Source of the DNA: Prochlorococcus sp. AG-418-M08
Lineage (GTDB): Bacteria; Cyanobacteriota; Cyanobacteriia; PCC-6307; Cyanobiaceae
DNA: 64,000 nt
Reading direction: 5' to 3'
NCBI GenBank assembly: GCA_003213955.1
Contig: QCMG01000003.1
Location: forward strand, 9,769 to 73,768
Shown one piece after another: positions 1-10,362 of this stretch. The notes below the pieces were generated by a model. That model saw only the letters and a program-made list of their open reading frames with translations. It did no database searches and was not told the origin of the DNA. Position 1 is the first letter of the stretch. Every line of letters starts with the position of its first letter. The translations under genes were made by a program, and so were the position numbers.

Positions 1-1
1 A

Positions 2-847
2 GATATTTTCGAGAATATAGTTAATAAAGATTGTAATCAGCAAAATATATATGAAGGCAGTTTGTTAATGCCTATGGCTGGAGAAGGATCAAGATTTCGA
101 GACAAAGGATATAAAATACCTAAACCATTTATTAAAATTTCAGGTTCTGAAATGTATGTAAAGGCAATTAAAGATTTACCTAGAATGGAAACTATTAAAA
201 TAGTTACTAGGGAAGAATTAATTAAAAATAAAAAATCGAAATTTCATATTAAAGATAAAGAATTAAATGTAAGTTTAAAATCTATAAAAACTAATACTGA
301 TGGCCAAGCACGTACTGCTCTAAAAGCTTTTGAAGATAATGATATCAAATTAGAAAAGCCTTTAATAATAAGTGCTTGTGATATGGGAGTTATTTTTGAT
401 GAAAAAAAATATCAAACCCTTCTCTCTACAAACAAAATAGATATTTTAGTTTGGGGTTGTAAAGGTTATCCAGGTGCCCAACAAAAGCCAAATATGTATA
501 GTTGGATATATGAAAAAGGAGATTTTATCTCTAAAATTTCAGTGAAGAAAAATCTTATCAATCCACAAGAAGATTATGTTTTAATTGGTACATTTACATT
601 TAAAAAAGCTAAAGATTTTGTAAGGTCAGCAGAACTAAGTATTACTAGAGAGGAAAAAGTAAATGGAGAATACTATGTAGATAGTGTAATTAATAATGCA
701 ATTGAAATAGGTTTAAAAGTAGCATTATTTGAAGTTGATTACTTTATATGTTGGGGGACACCTGATGAATTAGAAACTTATAATTATTGGAAATCATGTT
801 TTAATAAATGGAAAGATCATCCATATAAAAACTCTTTACTAAGTTAA
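2..847 (+). CDS. Sugar-phosphate nucleotidyltransferase (NTP_transferase family), 5'-truncated by the window edge
   Basis: Motifs LMPMAGEGSRF..PKPFI, ACD and WGTPDEL. The frame is open from base 2 (DIFENIVNKDCNQQNIYEGSLLMP), so the true start is upstream and an extra N-terminal domain is likely. Confidence 0.8.
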   Translation, partial: DIFENIVNKDCNQQNIYEGSLLMPMAGEGSRFRDKGYKIPKPFIKISGSEMYVKAIKDLPRMETIKIVTREELIKNKKSKFHIKDKELNVSLKSIKTNTDGQARTALKAFEDNDIKLEKPLIISACDMGVIFDEKKYQTLLSTNKIDILVWGCKGYPGAQQKPNMYSWIYEKGDFISKISVKKNLINPQEDYVLIGTFTFKKAKDFVRSAELSITREEKVNGEYYVDSVINNAIEIGLKVALFEVDYFICWGTPDELETYNYWKSCFNKWKDHPYKNSLLS

Positions 848-1036
848 TAAATTTATATAAATCATAAAATTAAAACATATTAAAATTATTTTAATATATA
901 TAAATTAAAATCCTTATTAATTAAATATTTATTTTTTTTAAATAATTATTTAATTTATATATACATTTTCCTGTTTCATTATGTTTTTTATATTAAATTT
1001 TCATAATGAAGTAACTTTTTTCTACAAAGATTTATG

Positions 1037-1741
1037 ATGAAATATTCTATTGTAATTCCTTGCTTTAATGAAGAAGGAACTATTAAATTGATTCTTGAAA
1101 GAACAAAAAATCTTTTTATAGATAATAATATTGAATTAATTCTTGTAAATAATGGATCAACAGATAATTCAAAAAAAATACTTTCTGAAATTATAATAAA
1201 TTATCCTCATGCAAAATTTATTGATTTAGAAAAAAACCTTGGATATGGTGGAGGCATTTTAAAAGGTTTAAGACATTGCAAGGGTGAAATAATAGGTTGG
1301 ACTCATGCAGATCTTCAAACAGATCCTCTAGATTGTGTTACTGCGTTTAAAGAATATGAAAAAATATCTAAAAGACAAAATACCTTTATTAAAGGAAATA
1401 GAAAGAATAGACCTTTTAATGATCAATTTTTTACTTTTGGAATGAGTTTATTTGAAACATTTTTGCTCGGAAAATTAATTTATGATGTAAACGCGCAGCC
1501 AACAATTTTTCCAAAAAAATTTTATAATTCGTGGATTAATCCACCTAGAGATTTTTCTTTGGATTTATATTCCTACTATTTAGCAAAAAAAAATAATTAT
1601 AAAATAAAGAGAATAAGAGTTAATTTTCCTAAAAGGATATCAGGACAATCTAAATGGAATATAAATTTTATTTCAAGGATTAGATTCATCTTGCGAACAA
1701 TCAAATATAGCTTTAAATTAAAGTTAAATAAGGTTATTTAA
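1037..1741 (+). CDS. GT2 glycosyltransferase, polyprenol-phosphate sugar synthase (DPM1-like)
   Basis: SIVIPCFNEE, VNNGSTD, NLGYGG, HADLQTDP and R..GQSKW motifs; about 235 aa single domain. Confidence 0.85.
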   Translation: MKYSIVIPCFNEEGTIKLILERTKNLFIDNNIELILVNNGSTDNSKKILSEIIINYPHAKFIDLEKNLGYGGGILKGLRHCKGEIIGWTHADLQTDPLDCVTAFKEYEKISKRQNTFIKGNRKNRPFNDQFFTFGMSLFETFLLGKLIYDVNAQPTIFPKKFYNSWINPPRDFSLDLYSYYLAKKNNYKIKRIRVNFPKRISGQSKWNINFISRIRFILRTIKYSFKLKLNKVI

Positions 1742-1746
1742 AATAA

Positions 1747-2334
1747 TTGGAAATAATTGCCCATAGAATAAATACTATTGATCAATTAAAAAATTTAAAT
1801 ATTAACTTAGGAGTAGAGGTTGATATTAGATCTAATGAGAAAAATTTAATTATAAGTCATGATCCATTTTCAGATTACATAAATTTTAAAGACTGGTTAT
1901 CTTTTTATAATCATGGAACTTTAATATTGAATGTAAAAGAAAATGGTTTAGAAGAGGAATTGCTTAAAACAATGCATTATTTTAAGAAAGAGAATTTTTT
2001 TATTCTTGATCAATCATTCCCTTACCTTATAAATACAATAAAAAACGGTGAGAACAGATGTGCAGTAAGGTTATCAGAATATGAATCTATTAAAACTGTT
2101 TTATCTTTAAAGGGCAAAATAAATTGGGTTTGGATTGATTTCTTTACAAAATTCCCAGTAGATTTAGAAATTTATAAAATCTTAAAAAAACATAACTTCA
2201 AATTATGTATTGTTTCTCCAGAATTACAAGGACATACAAATTCAAAATGTTTGGATTTAAAAAATTATCTCAAATCTAATGAAATGTGCTTTGATGCTGT
2301 TTGTACAAAGAAAATTAAATTTTGGGCAGAATGA
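1747..2334 (+). CDS. Glycerophosphodiester phosphodiesterase / PLC-like TIM-barrel protein
   Basis: IIAHRIN, GVEVDIR, ISHDP and LNVKE motifs match the GDPD-like pattern; TTG start. Confidence 0.7.
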   Translation: MEIIAHRINTIDQLKNLNINLGVEVDIRSNEKNLIISHDPFSDYINFKDWLSFYNHGTLILNVKENGLEEELLKTMHYFKKENFFILDQSFPYLINTIKNGENRCAVRLSEYESIKTVLSLKGKINWVWIDFFTKFPVDLEIYKILKKHNFKLCIVSPELQGHTNSKCLDLKNYLKSNEMCFDAVCTKKIKFWAE

Positions 2335-4382
2335 CAATTTCTAATACAAAAAATTATATTTTTACTTTCTTCTTGGTAATAAAAATATTTTTTATAGTTT
2401 TAATAGTCCCAAGTATTCAAGATGTTTGGTTTGTCGATTTTATAAAAAATTCAATTAATAATCCTAGCTTAGATCCATGGTCAAATTATTTATCAAATTA
2501 TGGCGATTCTTTAGGATTCCCATATGGTCCAATAATGTTTTTAATTTTTATACCTTTATCTTTAATTTTTTGGACTTTAGGGCTACCTTTTGGACTAGAA
2601 GATTATTTTTTAGGTATTGGTTTTAGATCTAACTTATTAATATTTGATTTAATTTCTTTATTAGTTTTATCAAAGTTATTAGATAACAAAAAAAAGGAAA
2701 TTATTTTTTTTTATTGGTTATCTCCATTGATATTTTATGTTACTTATATTTATGGGCAATTAGATATCATCCCAACTACTATTGTACTTATTGGATATCT
2801 TAAGTTATATAAAAATGAATTTAAAAGTAGTGGCTACTTTTTTGGTTTAGCCATTGCAACAAAATTAAGTTTTGCTTTGATTATACCTTTTCCAATAATT
2901 TACCTTTGGCAAAATAAAAGATTATCTTTTGGTTTTAGCCCATTTATAAAATCTCTTTCAAAAATATTAGTCTTTTTTGTTCTTATACCAGTTATATCAA
3001 CTGGATATAGAGAAATGGTCTTATCTACGCCAGAAAAGGCATCTTTAATATCTTTTAATTTTTCTATTAACAATAACTTAAATATATTTATATTACCTTT
3101 AATATTTATTTTAATTATTTACTCAATTTGGAGACTTAAAAGATCAAATTTCACTTTACTTACTTCAATTACAGGTTTAGCCTTTCTAATTTCTACTTTA
3201 ATGATGCCTCCTTCTCCAGGCTGGTATTTATGGGCTCTGCCATTTTTAATAATTTATCAAATAAAGACTGATTTTAATGGTAAATTACTAATTTCCTTTT
3301 TTACAATTTTACCAATTATTATTATATTTCCAAATAATATTTTCTCAAAATTAAATTTTTTGAATTGGAATTTTAAATATAATACAACCTTTATAAATAA
3401 TCTTAATGAGGATTTAATTTATACACTTTTTATTAGTTTAGGTATACTTATTTCTATAAAGCTTTATAGAGAATCAATACAAAATAGTTATTATTACAAA
3501 TTAAATAAAAAAGCTCTTATTATTGGTATAACAGGTGGTCCATCATCAGGTAAAGACATCCTATCAAAATCAATAGTAGATATTCTTGGAGATCATTCAA
3601 CTTTATTTCTTAGAGAAAGAGATTATTTTAAATGGAATAAAAACTTAAATAATAAAGAAGGAAATAATTCCATTAATATCAAATCAAATGATTTATTAAA
3701 ATTAAACGCAGACTTGGATTTAATTTTAAATAAAAATGTTCTAAATAGAAAAACTATTAATAACTCTATTACTAAATTCAAAACTATGAAATCCTTTTCT
3801 AAGGATTTCATAGTTGTTAATGGATATCATATTTTTCTCCCAGATGCATTAAATAAATTTTTTAATATAAAAATCTTCTTAGATCCAGAACCTGAACTTA
3901 ATAAAAATTGGCTTAAAGATAAAATTGCTTCGCAACCTAATCATCCAAATATGAAAAATTATAAAGACTTAAAGAAATATAAGGATTTATATTCTGAACA
4001 GAAAACTTATTCTGATTTAATTTTTTCATTCTCTTATATAAATAAAGATATATTATCCTATAAAAAAATTCAAAATCTTCCTCTAAAAATGGATGTTTTT
4101 CTTAAGGATGGGATTTATGCAGAAAATCTATCAAAAGCATTAATTTCTATATGTGGTGTAAAGCTAAATTCAAATATTTCAAATACTGATTTTTCAGCAA
4201 AACTTTCCATAGAAGGAGATATTTGGTCAGAAGATATAAAATTAGCTGCAAGTAGATTAGTTCCTGATTTAGAAGAAATTATAGATTACAATGCAAAATG
4301 GCAATCTAATATAATTGGATTAATGCAATTAATAATTCTTATGCAAATTGCATATGTTTTTAAATATAAAATTGAGAATTAA
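2331..4382 (+). CDS. Multi-TM GT-C (GT87/PIG-M-like) glycosyltransferase fused to a C-terminal uridine kinase/PRK-like P-loop domain
   Basis: About 390 hydrophobic aa with FPYGP, YGQLD, IATK and PGWYLW, followed by IIGITGGPSSGKD and DYFKW. ATG at 2331 overlaps the upstream TGA (ATGA). Confidence 0.65.
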   Translation: MTISNTKNYIFTFFLVIKIFFIVLIVPSIQDVWFVDFIKNSINNPSLDPWSNYLSNYGDSLGFPYGPIMFLIFIPLSLIFWTLGLPFGLEDYFLGIGFRSNLLIFDLISLLVLSKLLDNKKKEIIFFYWLSPLIFYVTYIYGQLDIIPTTIVLIGYLKLYKNEFKSSGYFFGLAIATKLSFALIIPFPIIYLWQNKRLSFGFSPFIKSLSKILVFFVLIPVISTGYREMVLSTPEKASLISFNFSINNNLNIFILPLIFILIIYSIWRLKRSNFTLLTSITGLAFLISTLMMPPSPGWYLWALPFLIIYQIKTDFNGKLLISFFTILPIIIIFPNNIFSKLNFLNWNFKYNTTFINNLNEDLIYTLFISLGILISIKLYRESIQNSYYYKLNKKALIIGITGGPSSGKDILSKSIVDILGDHSTLFLRERDYFKWNKNLNNKEGNNSINIKSNDLLKLNADLDLILNKNVLNRKTINNSITKFKTMKSFSKDFIVVNGYHIFLPDALNKFFNIKIFLDPEPELNKNWLKDKIASQPNHPNMKNYKDLKKYKDLYSEQKTYSDLIFSFSYINKDILSYKKIQNLPLKMDVFLKDGIYAENLSKALISICGVKLNSNISNTDFSAKLSIEGDIWSEDIKLAASRLVPDLEEIIDYNAKWQSNIIGLMQLIILMQIAYVFKYKIEN

Positions 4383-5132
4383 ATGCCTCTCAAATTAATA
4401 AATGAAGAAAAGTTTAGGAAACTTCCAAAAGCAATAATATTCGATACGGATAATACTTTATATTCGTATGCTCCTGCTAATGAGTTAGCGTTAAAATCAG
4501 TTTTCACAAAAGCAGAAATATTATTAGATATAAACAAAAATTTATTTGAAGAAAAATTCAAAGAAGCTAGAGTTGAAATTAAAAAAAGAATTTGTAATCA
4601 AGCAAGTTCTCATAGTAGATTACTTTATTTTCAAAGAACAATAGAACTTCTGGGATTTAAAACACAGCTTTTATTAACCCTTGACTTGGAGCAAACATAT
4701 TGGAGAACATTTTTACAATCTTGCAAGTTATTTCCTAATGTAAGAGAACTTCTTCATAAACTCAATAATTTAAATATACAAACTGCTATTATTACAGACC
4801 TTAATTCCCAAATTCAGTTTAGAAAAATAATATTTTTCGGACTTGAGCAATATTTTGATTATGTTGTAACTTCTGAAGAAGCAGGTTTTGATAAACCAAG
4901 TAAAGCTCCTTTTGAACTAGCCCTAAAGAAATTAGATTTGATTCCTAATGAATGCTGGATGATTGGCGATAATCTAAATGCAGATATTTTAGGAGGCAAA
5001 AAATGTGGATTAACAACTTTGTATAAATACGAATCTAAAGATGAAAGTAAACAAAATGATATTATTCCTGATGCAAGTTTTAATGAATATAATAAAATCC
5101 TAAATCTGATAAAAAAGATTGAAGTCCAATAA
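4383..5132 (+). CDS. HAD-superfamily hydrolase (phosphatase)
   Basis: Motif I FDTDNTLY, motif II ITD, motif III KP, motif IV MIGDNLNADILG. Confidence 0.9.
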   Translation: MPLKLINEEKFRKLPKAIIFDTDNTLYSYAPANELALKSVFTKAEILLDINKNLFEEKFKEARVEIKKRICNQASSHSRLLYFQRTIELLGFKTQLLLTLDLEQTYWRTFLQSCKLFPNVRELLHKLNNLNIQTAIITDLNSQIQFRKIIFFGLEQYFDYVVTSEEAGFDKPSKAPFELALKKLDLIPNECWMIGDNLNADILGGKKCGLTTLYKYESKDESKQNDIIPDASFNEYNKILNLIKKIEVQ

Positions 5133-5273
5133 TTATTGAAAAAAAAATATTAACAATAACTGACAAATAATTTTCTTTTGCATAACTTAAGACATATTTA
5201 ATGTAAGTTTATTAGTGGTATATCTAAAAGATTAAAGGTCAATAAATTTCTTTTTAATTAAAAATTGCAATCC

Positions 5274-6326
5274 ATGAAAATTTTTTCTACATGCCCATTA
5301 TGCTTTTGTGATAATGCAACTATATTGTGGGAAGCTTCATCCTCGGAACAGGCTTCTCATTTCTTAAGCCCATTAGTTAATAAAGATAAGTATGAAAAGC
5401 TTAAAGAGCATATACAATATTTGCAAAAAGCATCTCTGGTATCTGTAAATAAATGCAGCGAATGTGGTTTCATATATAGTTTTCCAAATTTTGCTGGTGA
5501 CAAAAAGTTTTATGATTTAATTTTTTCAGATACTAATAAATATCCGCAGAATAGATGGGAATTTATAAAGAGTCTTGAAATTATAAAAAATTCAAAAATC
5601 ACAAACCCAAAGATTCTTGAAATAGGTTCTGGAGATGGAGCATTTATTAGGAAATTAGTAAAAAAAAGAATAACTACTAAAAATGCAATTACTGCAATAG
5701 AATATTCAACATATGGTAAATCAAAGATTAAGAATTTTGGAATTGAATGTCTATCAATAGATATTAAAGAGATTAACAATAGACTACCTCATAAAGAATA
5801 TGATTTTATATGTCTTTTTCAAGTACTAGAACACTTAGATAATATCCATAAATTAATAGATAGATTAAAAAAAATATTAAGTAAAAATGGACAACTTTTA
5901 ATAGCTGTTCCTAACGAAAAAATAATTAAATTTAATGAATTAAATGGTGCCTTGTTAGATATGCCGCCAAATCACATAGGTAGATGGTCTAAGAATACTT
6001 TTATTAAATATTGCGATCTTAATAATATAAATCTTGTAGAACATAAAGTTGAACCCTTTTCTCTCAAAAAATTTCTTTTTATGTTTTTTTCTTATAGATT
6101 TTTAAGAAAAGCACAAAATGTGAATTCAATTGCAGCATATATAAGATATAAATCAAATCAAAATTTAAAGAAAATTTTTACAATTATTTTTATAATTGCA
6201 GACTTTTTATTTTCGCCAAAACTCTTATTTAAGATTATTTTCTCTAGTGCCAAATTAGGAGGCGAAACTCAACTCGCTAGAATATCTAGAGTTAGCAAAA
6301 AAAATAAAGATTTACACCATCATTAA
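5274..6326 (+). CDS. Class I SAM-dependent methyltransferase with N-terminal Cys (Zn) motifs
   Basis: CPLC...CSECG, ILEIGSGDG, FQVLEHL, AVPN and PPNH; ATG at 5274 preferred over TTG at 5265. Confidence 0.85.
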   Translation: MKIFSTCPLCFCDNATILWEASSSEQASHFLSPLVNKDKYEKLKEHIQYLQKASLVSVNKCSECGFIYSFPNFAGDKKFYDLIFSDTNKYPQNRWEFIKSLEIIKNSKITNPKILEIGSGDGAFIRKLVKKRITTKNAITAIEYSTYGKSKIKNFGIECLSIDIKEINNRLPHKEYDFICLFQVLEHLDNIHKLIDRLKKILSKNGQLLIAVPNEKIIKFNELNGALLDMPPNHIGRWSKNTFIKYCDLNNINLVEHKVEPFSLKKFLFMFFSYRFLRKAQNVNSIAAYIRYKSNQNLKKIFTIIFIIADFLFSPKLLFKIIFSSAKLGGETQLARISRVSKKNKDLHHH

Positions 6327-6426
6327 AAATAAATTTTATTCAAAACAAGATTTATTTATACCATTTAGATTTTTTTAAAATTTTTTATTAATATAGGTAA
6401 ATATTAATTTTGTAATAAATATATTA

Positions 6427-7359
6427 ATGCAAACTATTTGTCCTATCTGCAGTAAGTTTAATTTTTTTAAAATAATTTCTAATTGCAAAGAAAATATACG
6501 TCTTACTGAAAAATCATATAATTACGGAAAATGCTTGAATTGCAATATTATAAGTCTATATCCAACTCCTGATGTACAAAATATTTCAAAGCATTATCAA
6601 TTTTTAAATAAAGAAAAAGAAAAAAATATTTCTAATAAAAAAACATTAGATCTCCTTTTTAAGATTAAAGATTATTATCAGAATAAAAAAAATATTAAAA
6701 ACACTCTTAGAAAAATTTTGAAATTTGGAGAAGAAGACTTTCCATATTTAGATAAGATCCGAGGAAAAAAATTACTTGATTTAGGAGCTGGAAATGGTTT
6801 TTTTTCATTGGCTGCAGAAAAAAAAGGGTTTCATGTTACTTCTATTGAACAAAACAAAAGTTCAATTAATTTTGCAAAAAGAATAGGTATAAAAATGATA
6901 GAAAGTGATATCAGCTCAAAAATATCTATGCAATATGCCTCAGAAGTTGATAACGTTATTTTGAATCACGTTTTCGAACATATTATTGATCCATACAATT
7001 TCTTGTCGATTTTACGGAAGAACATATCAAATCAGACTAGGGTTGTTATTTTAATTCCAAATGCAAATTCTATTTGGAGATTTGTTTTTAAAGAAAAGTG
7101 GTATGGGTGGGATCCTCCAATTCATGTACACTTGTATAACAAAAAAGCACTAGAAATTATTGTAAAAAATTCAGGTTTTAAAGTTGAACATTTATCTGCT
7201 ATAAATCGTATTGATTCTTTTTATGCTGCTTTAATACATGCAGGCAAAAATCCAAAAAATTTAAAACTAATTTTAAGACTTTTTATCTTTTCAATTCAAC
7301 CATTTTTAAAAATATTTAATTTAGCTCCAGAGTTATTATGCATAATTTCAAAAAAATAA
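6427..7359 (+). CDS. Class I SAM-dependent methyltransferase with N-terminal Cys motifs
   Basis: CPIC...CLNC, LLDLGAGNG, HVFEHI, IPN and PPIH. Confidence 0.85.
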   Translation: MQTICPICSKFNFFKIISNCKENIRLTEKSYNYGKCLNCNIISLYPTPDVQNISKHYQFLNKEKEKNISNKKTLDLLFKIKDYYQNKKNIKNTLRKILKFGEEDFPYLDKIRGKKLLDLGAGNGFFSLAAEKKGFHVTSIEQNKSSINFAKRIGIKMIESDISSKISMQYASEVDNVILNHVFEHIIDPYNFLSILRKNISNQTRVVILIPNANSIWRFVFKEKWYGWDPPIHVHLYNKKALEIIVKNSGFKVEHLSAINRIDSFYAALIHAGKNPKNLKLILRLFIFSIQPFLKIFNLAPELLCIISKK

Positions 7360-7615
7360 AAAAGTTTTTCCTTATAATTTCAGAATTTTTTGAAAAGATC
7401 ATTTGAAAATTAATAAGTCAATTAAAGAAAAAAAAACATAATAGATCATTTATCCCGACTATTTATAACTTTTAACAAATATTCAACAATTGAAGCAGAG
7501 TAGATTGGAATCCTACTAAATAGGAAATAAGATTAAAATTATACTTGTATATAAAAATTAATAGCATAATTCTGTTATAATATCCATCAAATTTATAAAA
7601 TACTAGTAACGATAA

Positions 7616-9475
7616 TTGAATAGAAATTATATATTAGGAATATCTTGTTTTTACCACGATAGTGCGGCTGTATTGATTCGCGATGGTGAAATCATTTCTG
7701 CAGTGCAAGAGGAGAGATTTACGAGAAAAAAGCATGATTCAAGATTCCCAAAAAATGCAGTCAAATATTGTTTAAAATCTAATAATTTAAATTTAATAGA
7801 TATTAAAAAAATTGTTTATTACGAAAAACCACTTTTAACATTTGAAAGACTTTTAGAAACTTACCTAGCAGTGGCTCCTAGAGGTGGAAGATCTTTTATA
7901 GCAGCAATGCAGGTTTGGTTAAAAGAAAAAATCTTTTTAAAATCAGAATTAAAGAAAAGCTTTAAGATTATTCAAAAAGAAATTAATGAAATAAAAGAAG
8001 CTCACATTCCAGAGATCCTTTTCGCAGAGCATCATCAATCTCATGCGGCTGCAGCTTTCTATCCAAGTCCTTTTAAAGAAGCAGTTATTCTTTGTATGGA
8101 TGGAGTAGGTGAGTGGGCTACAACTTCAGCATGGATAGGCAAGGGTAATAAAATAAAGCCACTTTGGGAGATAAGTTTCCCACATTCGTTAGGACTTTTA
8201 TACTCAGCTTTTACGTATTACTGCGGCTTTAAAGTGAATTCTGGTGAATATAAATTAATGGGTTTAGCTCCTTATGGTGAGCCTATTTATGTAGATGAGA
8301 TTAAAAATCACCTTATTGATATTAAGGATGATGGAACATTTAAATTAGATATGCGGTATTTCAAATACCATCGTGGTTTTCGTATGACTAGTAAAAAGTT
8401 CCATAAACTTTTTGGCCATTCACCAAGAGATACGGAAGAAGAACTAACTCAATTTCATATGGATTTAGCATCTTCTATTCAAAAAGTTACAGAGGAAATT
8501 ATTATAAAAATTGCTTTTTCTCTTAGGAGGGAAACAGGTATTAAAAATATTTGCCTCGCAGGCGGAGTAGCTTTAAATTGTGTGGCAAACGGCAAGTTAC
8601 TTAAGAAAGAGATATTTGATGATATTTGGATTCAACCTGCAAGTGGAGATGCAGGTTCAGCTCTTGGAGCAGCACTTATTGGATGGTACGAGTTTTACGA
8701 GAAGCCAAGGAAGGTGAATTCAAACGATTCAATGAAAGGAACTTATCTTGGTTGTAATTTTTCTAATGATCAAATTGTTAATTACTTAAGTAAAATAAAT
8801 GCTACTTTCAAAACATATAAAGATGAGAAAATTTTCGAAAAGATTGCCTTAGAACTTGATAAAGGCAAGGTAATTGGTTGGTTCAATGGGCCAATGGAAT
8901 TTGGTCCTAGGGCTCTTGGAGCTAGGTCAATCATAGGAGATCCTAGAAATAAAGATATGCAAAGTGTAATGAATTTAAAAATAAAATTCAGAGAAAGTTT
9001 TAGGCCATTTGCACCTTCAATACTTGAAGAAGACGTTAGCAGTCAATTTGAAATGACAAACAAAAGTCCATATATGTTAATGGTTTCTTCAGTAAAAAAA
9101 GAGCTTTGTACAAAATTAACAACAGAGCAAAAACAATTATTTGGTATAAATAAATTAAAAATTTCTCGATCTAAATTACCAGCAATTACTCATATTGATT
9201 ATTCTGCGAGAGTTCAAACAGTAAGTAAGGATACTAATCCACGTTATTACAACCTAATACATGCTTTTAAAAAGCTAACCAATTGTCCATTAATAGTTAA
9301 TACTTCATTTAACGTAAGGGGTGAACCAATAGTTTGCACACCACAAGATGCTTATCGCTGCTTTATGAGAACAGAGATGGATGTATTAGTTCTTCAAAAT
9401 CAGATACTTTATAAGAATGAGCAGTCTAAAGTAGAAAAAGATGAAAGTTGGAAACAGGAATTTGAATTAGATTAA
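7616..9475 (+). CDS. O-carbamoyltransferase (NodU/CmcH/SxtI family)
   Basis: GISCFYHDSAA, QEERF.R.KH, EHHQSHAA, DGVGE, GEYKLMGLAPYG, AGGVALNC, EFGPRALG.RS, KFRESFRPFAP and NTSFNVRGEPIV. Confidence 0.95.
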   Translation: MNRNYILGISCFYHDSAAVLIRDGEIISAVQEERFTRKKHDSRFPKNAVKYCLKSNNLNLIDIKKIVYYEKPLLTFERLLETYLAVAPRGGRSFIAAMQVWLKEKIFLKSELKKSFKIIQKEINEIKEAHIPEILFAEHHQSHAAAAFYPSPFKEAVILCMDGVGEWATTSAWIGKGNKIKPLWEISFPHSLGLLYSAFTYYCGFKVNSGEYKLMGLAPYGEPIYVDEIKNHLIDIKDDGTFKLDMRYFKYHRGFRMTSKKFHKLFGHSPRDTEEELTQFHMDLASSIQKVTEEIIIKIAFSLRRETGIKNICLAGGVALNCVANGKLLKKEIFDDIWIQPASGDAGSALGAALIGWYEFYEKPRKVNSNDSMKGTYLGCNFSNDQIVNYLSKINATFKTYKDEKIFEKIALELDKGKVIGWFNGPMEFGPRALGARSIIGDPRNKDMQSVMNLKIKFRESFRPFAPSILEEDVSSQFEMTNKSPYMLMVSSVKKELCTKLTTEQKQLFGINKLKISRSKLPAITHIDYSARVQTVSKDTNPRYYNLIHAFKKLTNCPLIVNTSFNVRGEPIVCTPQDAYRCFMRTEMDVLVLQNQILYKNEQSKVEKDESWKQEFELD

Positions 9476-9477
9476 TA

Positions 9478-9870
9478 ATGGAAAAAAATATATCAAAAAA
9501 AATACTAAGAGAATTTGGATTTCTTATTGGTTTTGCATTTCCATTTTTACTTGGATGGATTATTCCCTTTCTTGGAGGACATTCTTTTAGGACATGGACA
9601 TTATGGATTAGTTTTCCTTCTATAGTATTAGCTATTTCGAAACCTAAATTACTTTTATATCCCTATAAAACTTGGATGAAACTTGGATATATTCTAGGGT
9701 GGATAAATAGTCGTATAATACTCGGGTTAGTATTTATAGTTATTCTCCAGCCTATTGCATTAATAATGCGAATTTCTGGTCATGATCCTCTCAGGTTAAA
9801 AATTATTAATCAAAAATCGTATAGAGAAATTAAAACTAATAAAAAAATTAATTTGGAAAAGATTTTCTAA
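9478..9870 (+). CDS. SxtJ-family membrane protein
   Basis: LREFG..IG, WMKLG..LG.IN, P..LI.R..G.DPL; immediately follows the carbamoyltransferase. Confidence 0.85.
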   Translation: MEKNISKKILREFGFLIGFAFPFLLGWIIPFLGGHSFRTWTLWISFPSIVLAISKPKLLLYPYKTWMKLGYILGWINSRIILGLVFIVILQPIALIMRISGHDPLRLKIINQKSYREIKTNKKINLEKIF

Positions 9871-9871
9871 A

Positions 9872-10033
9872 ATGAAGGAATTATTTGAACTATTGGGTGA
9901 CATTTGGGACTTTCTTAAATCAAGAAAAAAATATTGGTTGGCCCCTTTGATCATTACAATTATTTTTATGGGAGCACTGCTAGTATTTACTCAAGGTTCC
10001 GTGGTAGCACCTTTTATATATAGTATTTTTTAA
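9872..10033 (+). CDS. 53-aa membrane peptide, DUF5989/SxtK-like (not in the supplied ORF track)
   Basis: Hand translation MKELFELLGDIWDFLKSRKKYWLAPLIITIIFMGALLVFTQGSVVAPFIYSIF*, with the RKK.WL.P and APFIY..F signature. Confidence 0.9.
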   Translation: MKELFELLGDIWDFLKSRKKYWLAPLIITIIFMGALLVFTQGSVVAPFIYSIF

Positions 10034-10362
10034 AATGAGAGAAATTTTCATTTTTATAGTTTTTATTAAAAGAAAATGAACTTAATGGCAATGGATTAAG
10101 AAGTAGTCTTAGTACTCTAAAGACTTGCTTATATGAAGCGGTTTAGTTATATATAAAAAATTTATCTTAAAGTTCTAATATTTTTGCTTACATAATTAGC
10201 ATTAATTAATTTTTGAGGTGGGGGATTTATCATTTTGATCAATTTACTTTAAAAATTTATTTAAGAACTTTTATAGTTTTAATTTATGACCAAAGAATAA
10301 ATTAATTTATTAAATATTATTATGTATAATTATGGTGAGTTTTTATAGAGTTTTTTGTCAAT

